64,000 nt of DNA from Frankiales bacterium (GTDB lineage: Bacteria > Actinomycetota > Actinomycetes > JAWWOW01): the NCBI GenBank assembly GCA_033851265.1, contig JAWWOW010000016.1:21438-85437 (forward strand), read 5' to 3'. The position numbers and the translations under genes are program-made. Shown here one piece after another: positions 20,467 to 30,151 of the stretch. Below the pieces are notes generated by a model. It was not told the DNA's origin. It saw nothing but the letters and a program-made list of their open reading frames with translations, and did no database searches. Numbering within the stretch: the first letter of the stretch is position 1; each line of letters starts with the position of its first letter.

Positions 20467-22479
20467 CTAGCCCGCGGGGGTTGCCTTTCCATAACGAGAC
20501 GCCGCAGCGGCAACCGCTGCCCCGGTCGCCAACCCCGCCGCGGCAAGGGCCGTGCGCCGGTCACTACCGGTCGTAGGAAGTCCTCGGTTCTGGTCGGTCG
20601 GTGTGTTGGTGTCACCCGAACCACCGGACGGAGCGAACAGGTCGAACGGCGCTGCGACGAGCAGCTCGACATTGCGCTCGTTGACGTCGCCGCGGCGACC
20701 GTCGCCGCCCCCGCCCCCGCCCGGGCGCTCCTGCCAGTCGTTGATCGACAGCTCGCGCGCGAGAGATGCGAGTCGCAACGGGGTGTCGATGCGACCGCCG
20801 TACGACGGAGGGGCAGCAGTGTCGATGACGGTTCCGAAGACCGACAACGTGCCGTCTCTGTTGTCGACCAGCTCAACCAACCGGGCCTGTTGCGGCCAGT
20901 CGATGTGCGCCGCCGTGTTGACCTCCCAGAAACCGCCGCCGAGCTTGGCGCCAGCTGCTTGGGGGTGTGCATAGATCGCGTTTTCGTGCGAGTGACCGTT
21001 GACCCAGACCACGACGTTTGGGAAGCGCTGCAGCAACGCCTCGATCACGGCGCCTTCCACTCGCGGTCCTGGGTCGTCAACCGCGGGGATCGGGTTGGTG
21101 AGGCTGTGGATGCCGTGGTGGCTGAAGATCACCACGAGACGGTCACGGCGTGCACCGCCACGAACGACATTGCCTGCGGTGTCGAGGTGTTTGGTGTGCA
21201 TGGCAACCAGTTGACGTTCGAGCCAGTCGACTTGGGGCTGGTCCAACGAGCCCTCGCTGTACCCGTTGGGGTTCACCGTGTCGATGACGATCCCGTGTAC
21301 CGGGACGGCAGAGCCCGGCAGGTCGAAGGCGTAGTACGCCGTACCGTCGTCACGGTTCTTTTGTGTGAAGCCGTGTCCCCGCGGCCGTCCGGTCGTCGTG
21401 AAGTGCTCGGCGACCGTTTGCTCGCGCGTAACCAAGCGTCGTCTCGTGTCCGGCGAGACAGGCCGCACGGCCGTCGGGGTGAACGCCGCCGCGATCAGCG
21501 CCGGATCCCGCGATGCCAACGCGTTTTCGATGTCTGCCGCACTGCCCGCGAACGCGGTCGCCTTCAAAGGACCGGTCGAAACCAGACCGAGCTGGAAGGA
21601 CCGCGGGAAGTTGCCCTGAACCAGCCCGTCGTGGTTGCCGAAGGCGGAGTACCACGGCACGTTCAGCCCACGCGCCTGGAATGGCTTGCGGCAGGAGTCG
21701 AGCAAGCCGGGGATCACCGGGAAGCCGTACGTCGTGATTCCGAAGTCCGCAGGTTTTCCAGACGGCGGGCCGTCGGGGTGCCAGTAGGCCGGGTCATAGA
21801 AGTTCGCGTTGCCGTCGACGACGCCTTCGTACTGCGTCAGGTCTCCGGAGTCGGGCACTACGCGCTCGCCGTCGAGCAGGTCGATGAACCACCGCAGTTC
21901 GTTGTACTGCTGGTTGTCGATGTTGTCCCCGGTCGAGATGGCAAAGCTGAGCGGCCGCCCGGTCACCGGCCCGCGCCCAATGGCATTGATGCGCCGCACC
22001 ATCGCTTCGCCGACTTGGGTGGTCAGGAACTCCTGGGGGCGGTACGCCGCGGTGAACAGATTCAGCGGAAACGACTGGTTGTCGCTATACCGATCGACGT
22101 ACTCGACGCGGGCCGGCGACTGCGCATCGACCAGATGAATGTCGGTGAGCTGCGCGAACGCGACGACGGCCCGACGGCGCGTCTCCCGCCCTGCCTTTGC
22201 CGCCACACCCAGGTCGGCGCGGACGATATGCGGTTCACCGGGCTGTTCGATGATCTGCACGTAGCCCTTGTTCGCCGTCGTGCGGACGCCGTGGAACAGG
22301 ACGCGCTCCACGGTGGTGCCCTGCGGCGCGACCGGTCCCGACGCCGCCAGTGCCTGCCGAGCCGGAAACGCGTTGAGCCCGCCGACTGCGGCGGCCCCGA
22401 CGACACCCGAACGGATGAATCCACGCCGGCTGAGGCGTCGACCACCGATTGTGTCCTCGGTGTCCGAATCGTCAGTCAT
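20467..22479 (-). CDS. Tat-exported metallophosphoesterase with LPXTG-type C-terminus
   Basis: 670 aa. It has the twin-arginine motif SRRGFIRSG, phosphoesterase motifs GDNIDN, GNHD and GHSHEN, and a C-terminal LPTTG followed by an Ala/Gly-rich hydrophobic tail. Confidence 0.8.
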   Translation of the reverse strand: MTDDSDTEDTIGGRRLSRRGFIRSGVVGAAAVGGLNAFPARQALAASGPVAPQGTTVERVLFHGVRTTANKGYVQIIEQPGEPHIVRADLGVAAKAGRETRRRAVVAFAQLTDIHLVDAQSPARVEYVDRYSDNQSFPLNLFTAAYRPQEFLTTQVGEAMVRRINAIGRGPVTGRPLSFAISTGDNIDNQQYNELRWFIDLLDGERVVPDSGDLTQYEGVVDGNANFYDPAYWHPDGPPSGKPADFGITTYGFPVIPGLLDSCRKPFQARGLNVPWYSAFGNHDGLVQGNFPRSFQLGLVSTGPLKATAFAGSAADIENALASRDPALIAAAFTPTAVRPVSPDTRRRLVTREQTVAEHFTTTGRPRGHGFTQKNRDDGTAYYAFDLPGSAVPVHGIVIDTVNPNGYSEGSLDQPQVDWLERQLVAMHTKHLDTAGNVVRGGARRDRLVVIFSHHGIHSLTNPIPAVDDPGPRVEGAVIEALLQRFPNVVVWVNGHSHENAIYAHPQAAGAKLGGGFWEVNTAAHIDWPQQARLVELVDNRDGTLSVFGTVIDTAAPPSYGGRIDTPLRLASLARELSINDWQERPGGGGGGDGRRGDVNERNVELLVAAPFDLFAPSGGSGDTNTPTDQNRGLPTTGSDRRTALAAAGLATGAAVAAAASRYGKATPAG

Positions 22480-22612
22480 GGCTTGCCTGAATGATGTTGG
22501 ACGTCCTTCCCAAGTGGGGACGCTCCCGGGAGTTCGTTGCGCAGGATAGTTTCGTTGGTGCCCGGCGAGTCCCTTCTTGCCCCACGCGCCCAGATCTCAG
22601 GAGGCACGCTGC

Positions 22613-23023
22613 ATGAGCGAATCGGCGTCCATACCCGTCGATTTGTCTGACGTCGTCACCGTACGGATCCCGGCCTCGGGCGCCTACCTTTCGGTGCTGC
22701 GTACGGCAACTGCAGGACTGGCAGCCCGCCTCGACTTCACCCTCGACGACATCGAAGACCTCCGGATCGCCGTCGACGAGGCCTGCGCGATGCTGCTCGT
22801 GTCAGCCGTCGCCGGCACCGACCTCACGTGCGAGTTCGAGCTCGAAGGCGAGGGCATGCGCATCGCGGTGTCCGTGCTCTCCCGCGATGGCGAGCTGCCG
22901 CGGCGCGACACGTTCGCCTGGACCGTGCTGACCGCCCTGGCCGGTGGTGTGGACGCCCAGGCCACCGCGGACGGGCACGTGACCATCGAGTTGCGCAAGC
23001 AACGCGGGGTGACGGCTGCGTGA
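22613..23023 (+). CDS. anti-sigma factor (UsfX/RsbW-like)
   Basis: A small acidic protein directly upstream of, and overlapping (GTGA), a SigF/SigB-type sigma gene. An AGGAGG RBS precedes the ATG at 22613. Confidence 0.7.
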   Translation: MSESASIPVDLSDVVTVRIPASGAYLSVLRTATAGLAARLDFTLDDIEDLRIAVDEACAMLLVSAVAGTDLTCEFELEGEGMRIAVSVLSRDGELPRRDTFAWTVLTALAGGVDAQATADGHVTIELRKQRGVTAA

Positions 23024-23913
23024 GCGAGCCAACAGGGGGCGCCGACACACCTGCCGGCACGGCGACCAAGCCCAGCGACGAGGACACCGACCAGACGGTG
23101 CTCACTCCAGAAGACGCAGAGATTGCGGTCGCCAGTCAGCGGGTTGCTGACCGGGCGACGGACCGAGCTCGAGCACGTGCGCTTTTCGTGGAGTTGGCGA
23201 CGCTCGACAGCAATGACCCCACGCGGGCGAAGATGCGCGACGAACTCGTCGAGATGCACCTGCCACTCGTCGAGTACCTCGCCCGTCGCTTCCGCAATCG
23301 AGGCGAACCGCTCGACGATCTCGTGCAGGTCGCCACGATCGGCCTGATCAAATCGGTGGATCGCTTCGATACCGAGCGTGGCGTCGAGTTCTCGACGTAC
23401 GCAACTCCCACGATCGTTGGTGAGATCAAGCGGCACTTCCGCGACAAGGGCTGGGCCATCCGCGTTCCGCGGCGGCTCCAAGAGCTCAAGTTGTCACTCA
23501 CCAAGGCAACAGCCGAGTTGGCTCAGGAGCAAGGCCGATCGCCGACCGTTGCCGAGCTCGCCGGCCGGCTGGGCATGAGCGAGGAAGAAGTGCTGGAAGG
23601 CCTCGAGTCGGCCAACGCCTATGCGGCGGTGTCACTCGACGCCCCGGAAGGCTCAGAAGAGGCCGGGTCGGCTGTCGCCGACAGCCTGGGTGAGTACGAC
23701 GAGGCACTCGAGCGCGTTGAGTACCGCGAGGCGCTGAAGCCGCTCCTCGATCAGCTTCCGGTGCGCGAGAAGAAGATCCTGATGCTGCGGTTCTTCGGCA
23801 ACATGACGCAGTCGCAAATCGCGACCCAGCTCGGTATCTCGCAGATGCACGTGTCCCGGCTGTTGGCGCGCACGCTGGTTCAGCTGCGCGAAGGCCTCCT
23901 CAACGAGGAGTGA
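23020..23913 (+). CDS. RNA polymerase sigma factor, SigB/SigF/SigG subfamily
   Basis: Regions 2-4 are recognisable (DLVQVATIGLIKSVDRFD, YATPTIVGEIKRHFRD, QSQIATQLGISQMHVSRLL). The start was set at the GTG overlapping the anti-sigma stop. Confidence 0.88.
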   Translation: MSEPTGGADTPAGTATKPSDEDTDQTVLTPEDAEIAVASQRVADRATDRARARALFVELATLDSNDPTRAKMRDELVEMHLPLVEYLARRFRNRGEPLDDLVQVATIGLIKSVDRFDTERGVEFSTYATPTIVGEIKRHFRDKGWAIRVPRRLQELKLSLTKATAELAQEQGRSPTVAELAGRLGMSEEEVLEGLESANAYAAVSLDAPEGSEEAGSAVADSLGEYDEALERVEYREALKPLLDQLPVREKKILMLRFFGNMTQSQIATQLGISQMHVSRLLARTLVQLREGLLNEE

Positions 23914-23917
23914 GTGG

Positions 23918-24325
23918 TCAGTCCGGCGAGTCCACTTCGCCGGCCAGGACCGAACGCCCTCCCGGCGTACCGATCAGCAACCCAAGGACGAGCACGCTTG
24001 GCACCAACACGGCCACGGCGACGGCCGGGCGTTCGCTCTGGATCAGCCCGATCCCGACCGGGATGCTGAGCAGTTCGATCAGCACGGTCGGCGAGTACGC
24101 AGGACGCCTCCGATGCGACAACCCCCGGGCGGCGGCGACCAGCGTCCCACCGAACAGCAGCCCGATCGCAGCCCCGAACAACGCAAGGCCGCGGTTATCC
24201 GGCTCGCCGGCAATGAGGAATCCGGCGTACGTCAGCGAACCCGCGACGAGGGCAACACCTTGAAGTGCCACCAACGACGCCGCCACGCGCACCGCGAGCG
24301 GTGTCGGGTGGCTCGGTGAGGTCAT
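23918..24325 (-). CDS. hypothetical membrane protein
   Basis: 135 aa with four hydrophobic segments and good GC3 bias. I recognise no family. Confidence 0.55.
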   Translation of the reverse strand: MTSPSHPTPLAVRVAASLVALQGVALVAGSLTYAGFLIAGEPDNRGLALFGAAIGLLFGGTLVAAARGLSHRRRPAYSPTVLIELLSIPVGIGLIQSERPAVAVAVLVPSVLVLGLLIGTPGGRSVLAGEVDSPD

Positions 24326-24392
24326 CGGCGGACCCTAACTGCCTGCCTCAACCGGCCCAGTCGAACGCGGTCAGTCCGTTACCCTCGATGTA

Positions 24393-25319
24393 ATGCGCGC
24401 GCTCCTGGTCGTTAACCCGAAGGCGACCGCCACGACAACGCGAACCAGGGACGTCCTGGCGCGCGCGTTGGGCAGCGACCTCAAGGTGGATCTCGCGCCG
24501 ACCACCCGTCGCGGCCACGCCAAAGAGCTGGCCCGCCAGGCGGTCCGGGACGGGATGGACCTCGTCGTCGCGCTCGGTGGCGATGGCACCGTCAACGAGG
24601 TCGTCAACGGCCTGCTTCTCAACGGGCCAAGCCCAGACCTTCCGGCACTGGCCGTGGTGCCGGGAGGAAGCACCAATGTCTTCACCCGCGCGCTCGGCCT
24701 TCCGCGCGACCCGGTCGAGGCCACCGGCGAGATCCTCCACGCCCTGCGCACCGGCCGGCGCCGCACCATCGGCCTCGGTCAGATGGATGAGCACTGGTTC
24801 ACGTTCTGCGCGGGCCTCGGGCTCGACGCCGAGGTCGTCCGGGAGGTCGATGTCCGCCGCGACAAGGGCCGCCGTTCGACTCCGGCGCTCTACGTGAGCA
24901 CCGCGCTGCAGCACTTCTTCACCGGCACCGACCGCCGCCACCCCGCGCTCACGCTGCGCCTGCCAGACGGCGAGACGGTCGAGCACGTGTTCTTCACGAT
25001 CGTGTCCAACGCGGCCCCGTGGACGTTCCTCGGCAAGCGGCCGATCCTGCCCACCCCGCTGGCCGACTTCGATGCCGGGCTCGACCTGTTCGCGCTGAAA
25101 CGGCTGCGGACGGTCGGCACGCTGCGGACGCTGCGCCAGATCCTGTACGGCGGCGGCCAGCTGCCGCACGGCCGCCAGGTGGTCACCCGACACGACCTGC
25201 CGGAGTTCACGCTGGAGGCGAGCCGCCCACTGGCCTGCCAGGCGGATGGGGAGTACCTCGGCGAACGGGAGACCGTTTCGCTGCGGTCGGTGCCTCGCGC
25301 GCTCACGGTCATCGCCTGA
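24393..25319 (+). CDS. diacylglycerol/lipid kinase family protein
   Basis: 308 aa with the DAGK catalytic motif VVALGGDGTVNEVVNG. Confidence 0.85.
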   Translation: MRALLVVNPKATATTTRTRDVLARALGSDLKVDLAPTTRRGHAKELARQAVRDGMDLVVALGGDGTVNEVVNGLLLNGPSPDLPALAVVPGGSTNVFTRALGLPRDPVEATGEILHALRTGRRRTIGLGQMDEHWFTFCAGLGLDAEVVREVDVRRDKGRRSTPALYVSTALQHFFTGTDRRHPALTLRLPDGETVEHVFFTIVSNAAPWTFLGKRPILPTPLADFDAGLDLFALKRLRTVGTLRTLRQILYGGGQLPHGRQVVTRHDLPEFTLEASRPLACQADGEYLGERETVSLRSVPRALTVIA

Positions 25320-25540
25320 CGAACCGGGCCAATCATCGCCCAAACGGTTGTGGGCTGTGACGAAACCGACACGGCTAGGGCAAAAAGTGCTTGCAGACTG
25401 CTTGCAAACAGGCCGAGGCGGTGGCAGGGTCGAGGAGCGCAAAGGGTCTGGACCGGCAGCGGTCCGAGGCACTAGCGTGCGGAGCGGCCGTCCGTCCCCC
25501 CGTCGACCTTTGCAGGAACGACAGAGTCGGCGCGGTGCTT

Positions 25541-25556
25541 CGTGAAAGTGTTCACA
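25541..25556. promoter_or_regulatory. candidate CRP/FNR-type site (cGTGA-N6-TCACA) upstream of whiB1
   Basis: The sequence CGTGAAAGTGTTCACA lies about 100 nt upstream of the whiB1 ATG. whiB1 is a known cAMP-CRP target in M. tuberculosis. Confidence 0.35.
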
Positions 25557-25655
25557 AGTGCTCCCGCGGGCATGAGTGAGCAGCCCTGAACCCGCACGGT
25601 CGTGGGTCCGCCCCCAATCGGAGCCCGCGTTCGACCCCGGAGGAGAAAGATCCCC

Positions 25656-25901
25656 ATGGACTGGCGTCACCAGGCGATCTGCCGTGACGAGGATCCCGAG
25701 TTGTTCTTCCCGATCGGCAACACCGGTCCCGCGCTTCTGCAGATCGAAGAAGCCAAGGCCGTGTGCCGGCGCTGCGCCGTGACCGAGGCCTGCCTGACCT
25801 GGGCGCTCGAGAGCGGGCAGGACTCCGGGGTATGGGGCGGGCTATCCGAGGACGAACGTCGAGCCGTCAAGCGGCGCGGGGTTCGCGCTCGAATCGCCTG
25901 A
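25656..25901 (+). CDS. whiB1: WhiB-family Fe-S transcriptional regulator, WhiB1/WblE type
   Basis: MDWRHQAICRDEDPELFFP...C..C.V...C...GVWGG, near-identical in pattern to WhiB1. A GGAGGAG RBS precedes it and pdtaS lies next to it, as in Mycobacterium. Confidence 0.9.
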   Translation: MDWRHQAICRDEDPELFFPIGNTGPALLQIEEAKAVCRRCAVTEACLTWALESGQDSGVWGGLSEDERRAVKRRGVRARIA

Positions 25902-25910
25902 CCGTTCCGC

Positions 25911-26147
25911 ATGCCCGGATCGGGTCGAGTGCATGAGAACTACGTTCGGCCGCCGATCGTCGGTCGGGAGCCAGCGCCCCGCTGGGTGGCGCTGTGGCGG
26001 TTCCGGATCATCACGCTGATCATCGCGATCGCGCTCGGCGCGGGCGTCGCGCTGCTGATGCTGAAGTACGTCGTCCATACCGAGCAGAACCCGTCGTTCG
26101 GCAGCACCCGAGCGACCCAGTCGCAGCTGCACGGGGTCATTCCGTAG
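25911..26147 (+). CDS. small hypothetical single-TM protein
   Basis: 78 aa with one strong TM helix (IITLIIAIALGAGVALLMLKYVV) and high GC3. The 3' end overlaps the pdtaS 3' end by 11 nt. Confidence 0.4.
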   Translation: MPGSGRVHENYVRPPIVGREPAPRWVALWRFRIITLIIAIALGAGVALLMLKYVVHTEQNPSFGSTRATQSQLHGVIP

Positions 26148-27645
26148 GCGAGGAACCCGGCAGCGGTAGGGCAACGACAACTTCGGTCCCGCCGCCTGTG
26201 CGCGGGCGCATGTCCAGCTGACCGCCCAGCTCGCTCAGCACGAGTGTCCGGACGATGCGCAGTCCGAGCCGGCTCGACCCGTCGGACGAGAACCCTTCGG
26301 GGAGCCCGCGGCCGTCATCGGCCACCGTGACAACGAGGTCAACGGCGCTGCGACGGACGTCCACCTCCACCTGACCGCCCCGGCCCGCGAGGCCGTGCTC
26401 GACGGCGTTCTGCACGAGCTCGGTCAGCACCATCGCGAGCGGCGTGGCGACCTCGGCGGCCAGCAACCCGAACGACCCGCGCCGGCTGACCGCGATATCG
26501 CTGCCGGGGTCGTCGCCCGGACCGGCGCCGGCGACCTCCCCGACCATCGTGATCACGCGGTCGGCGATGTCGTCGAAGGCCACGGCCTCGTCGAGGGTGA
26601 GCGCCAGAGTTTCGTGGACAAGAGCGATGGAGCCGACCCGGCGTACCGCCTCCTCGAGGGCGAACCGGGCCTCGGGGAGCTCGAGGCGGCGCGCTTGCAA
26701 GCGGAGCAATGCGGCAACTGTCTGCAGGTTGTTCTTCACCCGGTGGTGGATCTCCCGGATCGTTGCGTCCTTGGTCAGCAGCTGGCGGTCGAGCACACGC
26801 AGCTCGGTCACGTCGCGGACGAGGACGAGCGCGCCGATGCGGTTCTGGCCGAGCGTGAGCGGTATCGCCCGCAGCCGAAGCACCGCGCCGTTGCCTTCGA
26901 TCTCACCAACCCGCGGCGCGCGGCCGCTGACGACTGATGCCACCGCTTCGTCGACCGGCTCGCGGGTGCGGACGAGCGCGGCCGTGACGGTGCCGAGATG
27001 GGCGTCGGTCAGATCGGCCGTGAGCCCTAGCCGGCGCCACGCCGACAGCGCGTTCGGGCTCGCATAGCTCACCCGACCGTCCGCCTCTAGCCGGATGAGC
27101 CCGTCACCGACCCGCAGCGTCGCCTCCGGCGTGGCCATCTCGCCGGGAAACGGGAAGCTGCCCTCTTGCACCATCTGCGCGAGCTCATCGGCGCTGCTCA
27201 GGTAGGCAAGCTCGAGGCGCGACGGCGCTCGTGCCGCCGCGAGGTTCGTGTGCCGGGCCACGACGCCGATGGGGTTGCGGCGCCCACCGACAGGGATGGC
27301 TTCCTCGCGGACGGGGACGTCTTCGTGCCAGACGGGGTCGCCCTCACGAACGATCCGGTCCTCCGCGTACGCCGCGTCGACCAGCGGGCGCTGCCCTGCG
27401 CGACTGATGCGGCCAACGAGGTCATCGACCAGGCTGGTTGGACCGGTGGCCGGACGCATCTGCGCGACGATCACGAAGCCCGGAGCGTCCGGATGGCCCG
27501 AGCGCAGCGGCGCGTGCAGGACGAGGTCGGCAAACGAGAGGTCGGCGAGCAGCTGCCAGTCCGCGACAAGCGCCTGCAACCGGTCCACGTCGACGGTGTC
27601 GAGGTCGGTATACCGGCGCAGCATCGTCGCAAGCGCGCTGGCCAC
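26137..27645 (-). CDS. pdtaS: GAF/PAS sensor histidine kinase, PdtaS type
   Basis: HisKA_2-type H-box REIHHRVKNNLQTVAALLRLQ and a C-terminal HATPase domain, with conserved adjacency to whiB1. The start is GTG 27645 or ATG 27624; the longer ORF would overlap bioA. Confidence 0.85.
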   Translation of the reverse strand: MASALATMLRRYTDLDTVDVDRLQALVADWQLLADLSFADLVLHAPLRSGHPDAPGFVIVAQMRPATGPTSLVDDLVGRISRAGQRPLVDAAYAEDRIVREGDPVWHEDVPVREEAIPVGGRRNPIGVVARHTNLAAARAPSRLELAYLSSADELAQMVQEGSFPFPGEMATPEATLRVGDGLIRLEADGRVSYASPNALSAWRRLGLTADLTDAHLGTVTAALVRTREPVDEAVASVVSGRAPRVGEIEGNGAVLRLRAIPLTLGQNRIGALVLVRDVTELRVLDRQLLTKDATIREIHHRVKNNLQTVAALLRLQARRLELPEARFALEEAVRRVGSIALVHETLALTLDEAVAFDDIADRVITMVGEVAGAGPGDDPGSDIAVSRRGSFGLLAAEVATPLAMVLTELVQNAVEHGLAGRGGQVEVDVRRSAVDLVVTVADDGRGLPEGFSSDGSSRLGLRIVRTLVLSELGGQLDMRPRTGGGTEVVVALPLPGSSPTE

Positions 27646-27684
27646 GCCGCCAGGGTAGGCGCGTCGTGGTGCGAGGATGCGCCG

Positions 27685-29010
27685 GTGAACCGTCGTAGCT
27701 CGGCCGACTTGGTCCGCGCCGACCTCGCGCACGTCTGGCACCCGTTCACCCAGCACGCGACGTGGCCGGGTGACGAACCGCTGGTCATCGCCGCCGGCGA
27801 CGGGGTCTACCTCACCGACACCGACGGGCGCCGCTACCTCGACGGAGTCTCCTCATTGTGGGCGACCGTGCACGGTCATCGCGAGCCGGCCATCGACGCG
27901 GCGGTCCGCGCGCAGCTCGACCGGCTCGCGCATACGACGTTCCTCGGGCTGACCCATGAGCCCGGCATCGAGCTCGCCGAGGCGTTGCTCGCAACCGCAC
28001 CCCCTGGGCTTACCCGTGTTTTCTACGCCGGTGACGGGTCGTCGGCGGTCGAAGCCGCGCTGAAGATGGCCTACCAGGCCGCGGCGCAACGCGGCGAGCA
28101 CCGGCCGCTGTTCGTCCACGTAGCCGAGGGCTACCACGGCGACACGCTCGGGGCCGTCAGCGTGGGCGGCGTCGAGCTGTTCCACTCGACGTACCGCCCG
28201 ATCCTGCTGGACACCCGGATGGTCAGCTCGCCGGGCGTGCGTGCTCGGGCCGACCAGACGCTCGCCGAGCGAGCCGCTGAGGTCCTCGATGAGCTCGCTG
28301 CCTTGCTCGCACGGGATGGGTCGCAGGTCTCAGCTGTGATCGCCGAGCCGATGGTGCAGGCCGCCGGCGGCATGTTGGTTCATGACGCGACTTTCCTGAC
28401 CGGTGTACGCCGGCTGTGTGATGAGCACGGCGCGCTGATGATCGCCGACGAGGTTGCCACCGGCATCGGTCGCACTGGACGGATGTGGGCGGTCGAGCAC
28501 GCGGACGTCGCACCCGACTTGCTCACGTGCGGCAAGGGTCTGTCCGGCGGTTACTTGCCACTGTCAGCGGTGCTTGCCACGGAGGCGGTCTACGACGCGT
28601 TCCTCGGTGCACCGTCATCGGACCGGGCGTTCTTCCACGGCCACACCTACACGGCAAATCCGCTTGCCTGCGCAGCGGCGATCGCGAACCTGCAGCTCAT
28701 GACCGAGCGCGGCACCGTCGACCACGCCGCCAAGATCGGTGACCGCATCGGTCACCTGTTGGCGGATCTCACCGACGTCGACGGCGTGGTCGAGGTACGC
28801 CGATGCGGAACGATGACCGGCATCGAGATCGAGTCGCGCGGTGAGCGCACCGGATTCGCTGTATGCAAACTCGCCCGACAGCGCGGTGTGCTCGTGCGTC
28901 CGCTTGGTGACGTCGTCGTACTGATGCCGCCGCTATCAATCGTGGATGACGATCTGACGACACTCGTCACCGTCGTCGCCGAATGCACGACCGAGGTGCT
29001 CAGCGCGTGA
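27685..29010 (+). CDS. bioA: adenosylmethionine-8-amino-7-oxononanoate aminotransferase
   Basis: Class-III aminotransferase (HVWHPFTQH, ADEVATGIGRTGRMWA, CGKGLSGGY) in bio-operon context. The start was trimmed to the GTG at 27685. Confidence 0.88.
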   Translation: MNRRSSADLVRADLAHVWHPFTQHATWPGDEPLVIAAGDGVYLTDTDGRRYLDGVSSLWATVHGHREPAIDAAVRAQLDRLAHTTFLGLTHEPGIELAEALLATAPPGLTRVFYAGDGSSAVEAALKMAYQAAAQRGEHRPLFVHVAEGYHGDTLGAVSVGGVELFHSTYRPILLDTRMVSSPGVRARADQTLAERAAEVLDELAALLARDGSQVSAVIAEPMVQAAGGMLVHDATFLTGVRRLCDEHGALMIADEVATGIGRTGRMWAVEHADVAPDLLTCGKGLSGGYLPLSAVLATEAVYDAFLGAPSSDRAFFHGHTYTANPLACAAAIANLQLMTERGTVDHAAKIGDRIGHLLADLTDVDGVVEVRRCGTMTGIEIESRGERTGFAVCKLARQRGVLVRPLGDVVVLMPPLSIVDDDLTTLVTVVAECTTEVLSA

Positions 29011-30146
29011 GACGACTGCTCACCGATCCTCTTGCGCGACTTCGGGAGCGCGCGGACGAACGCGAGGCCGCAGGTCTGCGTCGACGCCTGCGCTTTCGTC
29101 GCGCCGACACGCCGTTGTTGGATCTAGCAGGGAACGACTACCTCGGCCTCACCCGCGACCCCCGTGTGATTGCCGGTGGCGTCGAAGCACTTCAGCGATG
29201 GGGCGCGGGCTCAACCGGTTCTCGGCTCGTGACAGGTTCGACCGAGCTGCACGGCGAGTTGGAGTCCGCTCTCGCCGCGCATTGTGAAGCCCAGGCTGCA
29301 CTCGTGTTCTCGTCGGGATACCTCGCGAACCTTGGCGCCATCGTCGCGCTGTCAGGTCCGGACACCCTCGTCGTTTCCGACGCGCACAATCACGCATCCG
29401 TTGTCGACGCCTGCCGGCTGTCGCGCGCCCGTGTCGCTGTCGTACCTCACCGTGATGTCAGTGGCATCGAACGCGCACTCGACGAGCGATCTGAACACGC
29501 CGCACTAGTCGTGAGCGATGCGGTGTTCTCCGTTGACGGCGATGCTGCGCCGATCGTTGCCTTGCACGACGTGTGTCAACGAGCGGGTGCGTTGCTGGTG
29601 GTCGATGAAGCGCACGCGCTGGGTGTTGTCGGGAACCGTGGTGAGGGGCTCGTGGCTGCCCACGGTCTCGCCGGCGCAACCGACATCGTGCGGACGGTGA
29701 CGTTGTCCAAGGCGTTGGGCTCGCAGGGCGGCGCGGTGCTGGGCTCGATAGACGTCATCGAGCATCTCGTCGATGCGGCACGGCCGTTCATCTTCGACAC
29801 GGGGCTGGCACCAGCGTGTGTGGGCGCGGCACTGGCCGCGTTACGCGTTCTGGACGTCGAGCCGCAGCGAGCAAGCGCAGCGCGCGGGAACGCTGGCCGG
29901 CTGGCGGCCGCATTGGGACGACCCAACTCCGACGCCGCGGTCGTTGCTGTCCCGGTGGGTTCCCCCGAAGCCGCCCTGGCCGCGGCCGAGCGGTGCGCCG
30001 CCGCCGGAGTTCACGTGGGTTGCTTCCGGCCCCCGTCGGTGCCGGACGGCGTGAGTCGCTTGCGGTTGACCGCACGCGCCGACCTCACCGACGTGGACCT
30101 CGAGCGCGCTATCCAGGTTGTGGCCGGCGCGCTGGCGCGGAACTAG
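29007..30146 (+). CDS. bioF: 8-amino-7-oxononanoate synthase
   Basis: PLP-lysine motif TLSKALGSQGG. Its GTG overlaps the bioA stop (GTGA). Confidence 0.88.
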   Translation: MRRLLTDPLARLRERADEREAAGLRRRLRFRRADTPLLDLAGNDYLGLTRDPRVIAGGVEALQRWGAGSTGSRLVTGSTELHGELESALAAHCEAQAALVFSSGYLANLGAIVALSGPDTLVVSDAHNHASVVDACRLSRARVAVVPHRDVSGIERALDERSEHAALVVSDAVFSVDGDAAPIVALHDVCQRAGALLVVDEAHALGVVGNRGEGLVAAHGLAGATDIVRTVTLSKALGSQGGAVLGSIDVIEHLVDAARPFIFDTGLAPACVGAALAALRVLDVEPQRASAARGNAGRLAAALGRPNSDAAVVAVPVGSPEAALAAAERCAAAGVHVGCFRPPSVPDGVSRLRLTARADLTDVDLERAIQVVAGALARN

Positions 30147-30151
30147 TCGGC

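Noticed and set aside
20146-22494. A 782-aa plus-strand ORF.
   Set aside because: It is antisense to the metallophosphoesterase gene and the 5' end of the M6 protease gene. It has no motifs and Arg-rich junk composition.
25391-25407. Naming TTGCAG-N5-TTGCAA as a Nur/Fur-family box.
   Set aside because: My recollection of that consensus is not secure enough, so it is reported only as an unexplained direct repeat.
24348-25670. A 440-aa minus-strand ORF spanning the lipid kinase gene and the whiB1 upstream region.
   Set aside because: It is antisense to a clear DAGK-family gene, runs through obvious non-coding sequence, and has no motifs.
27166-27684. A 5' extension of the bioA ORF (the track gives 614 aa).
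   Set aside because: Aminotransferase similarity begins near the GTG at 27685. The extension is antisense to the pdtaS N-terminal coding region.
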